DNA of 64,000 nt from Zygnema circumcarinatum SAG 698-1b (Eukaryota > Plantae > Zygnematophyceae), in contig CM074804.1 in the NCBI GenBank assembly GCA_037447605.1, positions 4,999,909-5,063,908 of the forward strand, given 5' to 3'. The position numbers were made by a program, and so were the translations under genes. How positions within the stretch are numbered: the first letter of the stretch is position 1; each line of letters starts with the position of its first letter. Of this stretch, positions 61,401-64,000 are shown piece after piece. Below the pieces are notes generated by a model, which saw only the letters and a list, made by a program, of their open reading frames with translations, was not told where the DNA came from and did not search any database.

Positions 61401-62107
61401 AATCCGCCAAGGATCTGACCTTAGCTGCATGAAAGGCAAGGAAAGCATCTGTAGCGTCCTGACCCGCCAAATCTAAAATTGGAAGTTTCCCTCCCGGATG
61501 CTTCTCAAGCCATAATGTGACATCATACACCTGAGTAAAGAAAGCAGCATAAACAGATGAAGGAGAGTTAGTATAATGGGTTTCAATTTTTCAAAATCTA
61601 TGCACAATGGACAACTCGTGGCCAGAATTATGTGTAACAAGGTCAACGACTTGGTCCAGTCACTTAAGTCGGAGTTTCCTCTGCTGCTACTTTAATCGAC
61701 ACAACCGGTCATCCATATCGAAACAATCGCTTGAGACATTGCAAGCAAATTTCCATCCTTCGAGCCTCTGATCAAACAGTGTCCCATAATGAGACAGTTC
61801 TGAACCTACTGCGAGCAATCAGGCAGCGAGCAACAACAACCACCACTTCACAACTGAAGGTACAGACATGCCGACCAACGACAAGAACCTTCAACCTACA
61901 AAACCCTTGCTCCTTGCTCCTGCCTCAGTACCAGTCGTAGACACAACAAACCTTTCCGCAAATGGCGATCCAGCAGTCCTTCTGAGTATTGTGAGCCTCA
62001 AGTTCCTTAAGGGAGATTCGTCGAGCAGGTTCTACCGCCTCCTTGACAGCAACGTCCTCCTTGTGAGCATCTACCGGAGCAGGCAGCGCTTCCCCTCCCC
62101 TGCCCAT
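58477..62107 (-). CDS. SLD: Cytochrome b5-fused front-end desaturase, sphingolipid Delta8 (SLD)/Delta6 family
   Basis: Cytochrome b5 domain [19 protein letters not shown]|[13 protein letters not shown]; His boxes HDTGH, HNVHH and QIEHH; [26 protein letters not shown]; last exon [21 protein letters not shown]. Confidence 0.93.
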
Positions 62108-62282
62108 GGCTGCGAAAGCTGCAGCAACTCGCCCCTCTCCTGCACGCACGCAGGCAGGCAGGCGCCTTCTACTAGGCACCAGCGGCCGCAGACTGCTGCC
62201 AGGACTGCGCCGGAACGTACGGCCCGGCCTGGCCCGCGCGGGAGACCCCAATAATCCCGCCCCGCCCCGCCCCGCGACCGGA

Positions 62283-62330
62283 GGGACGGACGCACGGACG
62301 CACGGACGGACGGACGGACGGACGGACGGG
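62283..62330. repeat. (GGAC)n microsatellite upstream of the desaturase
   Basis: Directly visible: gggacggacgcacggacgcacggacggacggacggacggacggacggg. Confidence 0.85.
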
Positions 62331-64000
62331 AATGTCAAATTTGAAAAATTTCCACTGCCGTTCCAGCCTTCAGGAGGCGGAATTTTCGGGCGGCAGCCAA
62401 CGGGCAGCCCGTGACAGGAGCCCGGGCAGGGCCTGGGCGGGCATGGCATGGACATGGCCAGGCCATGACGCCATTGACATGTGAGATGGCATCACCCAAG
62501 CGCCGCACGAGCATGCCGTACAGTACATCATTCGTACATAACCGTACGGCGCGGAGCGAGCTGGGAGTGTCGACAGGGCGCGCGCGGTCTGACAGGGCGC
62601 CGGCGACGTGGAGCCCTGCGGGCCGTGCGGCGGGGCCCCGCGCCCCCGCCCCGGCCCGCCCAGCCCCGGCCGACGCGCGAGTCCGGTACCGTACCGTGCG
62701 GGGCCTTCCTTTTTGGAGCGGGAGGAAGGAGGCGACGACTGGGCGGGTGGCGAGCGCGGCGGGAACATGGACAGGACCGTAACATGAACGGACAACTGCG
62801 AAGAGACTTTGCTGGCCGTCTGCTGACGCACGCACGCCCGCCCGCCCGCTGTAAAATGGGCCATCGCGCAAGTGGGATTGGCCGTACGATCCACGATCCC
62901 GTGTCGTGGCGGCTTTGCCTGCGCGCCGCCCGCCTGCCCTGCAGCAGCCTCGCGCCGTACGGGGAGCGCCGTCGCCATCAGGTGACCGCTGCCCGCTCAC
63001 GTACGGACGGGGAACAGACGAACTGCCCTGTCTAAAAGTTTTCCCCATGAAAAATTTTCCTCGACCGACCCGCGGCGATTGCCGCATGGTCAGCTCTCGC
63101 CTTTCCCGGAAAAAAATCTGGACGCCTCGCTGCATGCGGTCCGCATCATGTCGGCGGATCTCACGAGGGCGGCAGCGCGTTGTCGCACTCGCTGCAGCAC
63201 CGCCCACTGCCGCCGTACGGTACCGCCCAGAAATCCTGATCTCGGGGGCTGAATCCTGGACGTAGCAAGACCGGGATGGACCAGAACCTGTATCGCACAA
63301 CAGTGCCGTACATGCCACGAGGTCGGTTTCTGGGTTTGTGGATCCACAAGGTCCTTCCTCCTTCGTCCGAAGTTACGACAAAGCCCTCGCACTAATGAAT
63401 TACAACTGATAAACTGCCACGTGGCCTCCCGTGATATTAGTTTGTTGATCGGGTGGGTGTACGGTGCGGTGTAAACCTGTGTAAGTACTGTAGAGGGTTA
63501 CGGTACGGAATCAGACTCGACCAGCTTTTGCGCCTGACCGTGAGGCGACGCGTCCCGAGAAAAAAATCTGGGCGCGTGCCGGCCACGGTGGGCCTGCGGT
63601 CGGAGCGCGCTGCCCGCGTGGCGGCGGGGCTTATCCGCGCGGCGAGGGGGGGAGGGCGGCCGGGATATTTTCCTGACAAGAATCCTACCGGCCACCGCCG
63701 AACGCGGCACCGACCACTCGTGACTTTTTGCTCGCTGCAGTCGACCGGCTGCCCGTCCTCCAGTGCGCAACGGCCACGTGCACACATGTTGGCTTCGACG
63801 AAGGCTCGCAGTCTAATGCACGGCGCTGGACCGACAAGATCTGGGTCCTCGGAGATTTTTTCCACACACGTGGACAGGTCCATAGGGCACCGTACCGTAG
63901 CGTAAGGGAAAAAAAGGTTTAGGTCCCACAATGGCGGCCCTCCCCTGCCCCAAGCGGAAGCATCCTCGATCCAACGGTAGCCTGGCGCTTCTGGGAAATT

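Noticed and set aside
62335-63931. Large ORFs (327, 202, 184, 164 aa)
   Set aside because: R/A/G/P-rich, present in several frames at once, with no motifs; typical of GC-rich non-coding DNA.
1-64000. tRNA, rRNA, snRNA genes, or prokaryotic operon/defence systems
   Set aside because: No cloverleaf or T-loop in a non-coding context, no rRNA or snRNA signatures recognised, and all recognised genes are spliceosomal eukaryotic genes.

Overview
This is eukaryotic, intron-rich, plant-lineage DNA. My inference is a streptophyte alga (Klebsormidium-like), because plant-type gene families (DUF604, C-extended phytocystatin, SLD desaturase) occur alongside a CHLH2-like chelatase. I reconstructed about 13 spliced genes by hand from GT-AG sites and reading phase. 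In order: the 3' end of a Mg-chelatase H-type subunit; a secreted mosaic protein (FAS1-PAN-Pro-rich-cupredoxin-PAN) whose third intron holds a ~1 kb (TTAGGG)-type array; a divergent NOT3; an unknown ~1,100-aa acidic membrane-anchored protein; PIG-S; ENY2/SUS1; a Myb + NSD-type PHD5-C5HCH protein; three DUF604/Fringe-like glycosyltransferase paralogs; a phytocystatin; and a cytochrome-b5-fused Delta8-sphingolipid-type desaturase. Intergenic DNA holds two foldback/MITE elements, a dispersed ~170-bp hairpin repeat family, a 29-bp alternating minisatellite and G-box/ABRE clusters. I found no rRNA, tRNA or CRISPR array. The most novel-looking items are the phase-1 exon-shuffled mosaic gene with its telomere-repeat intron and the SET-less Myb-PHD5-C5HCH fusion. 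No database searches were possible; all family calls rest on motif recognition, and exon coordinates are hand-derived.
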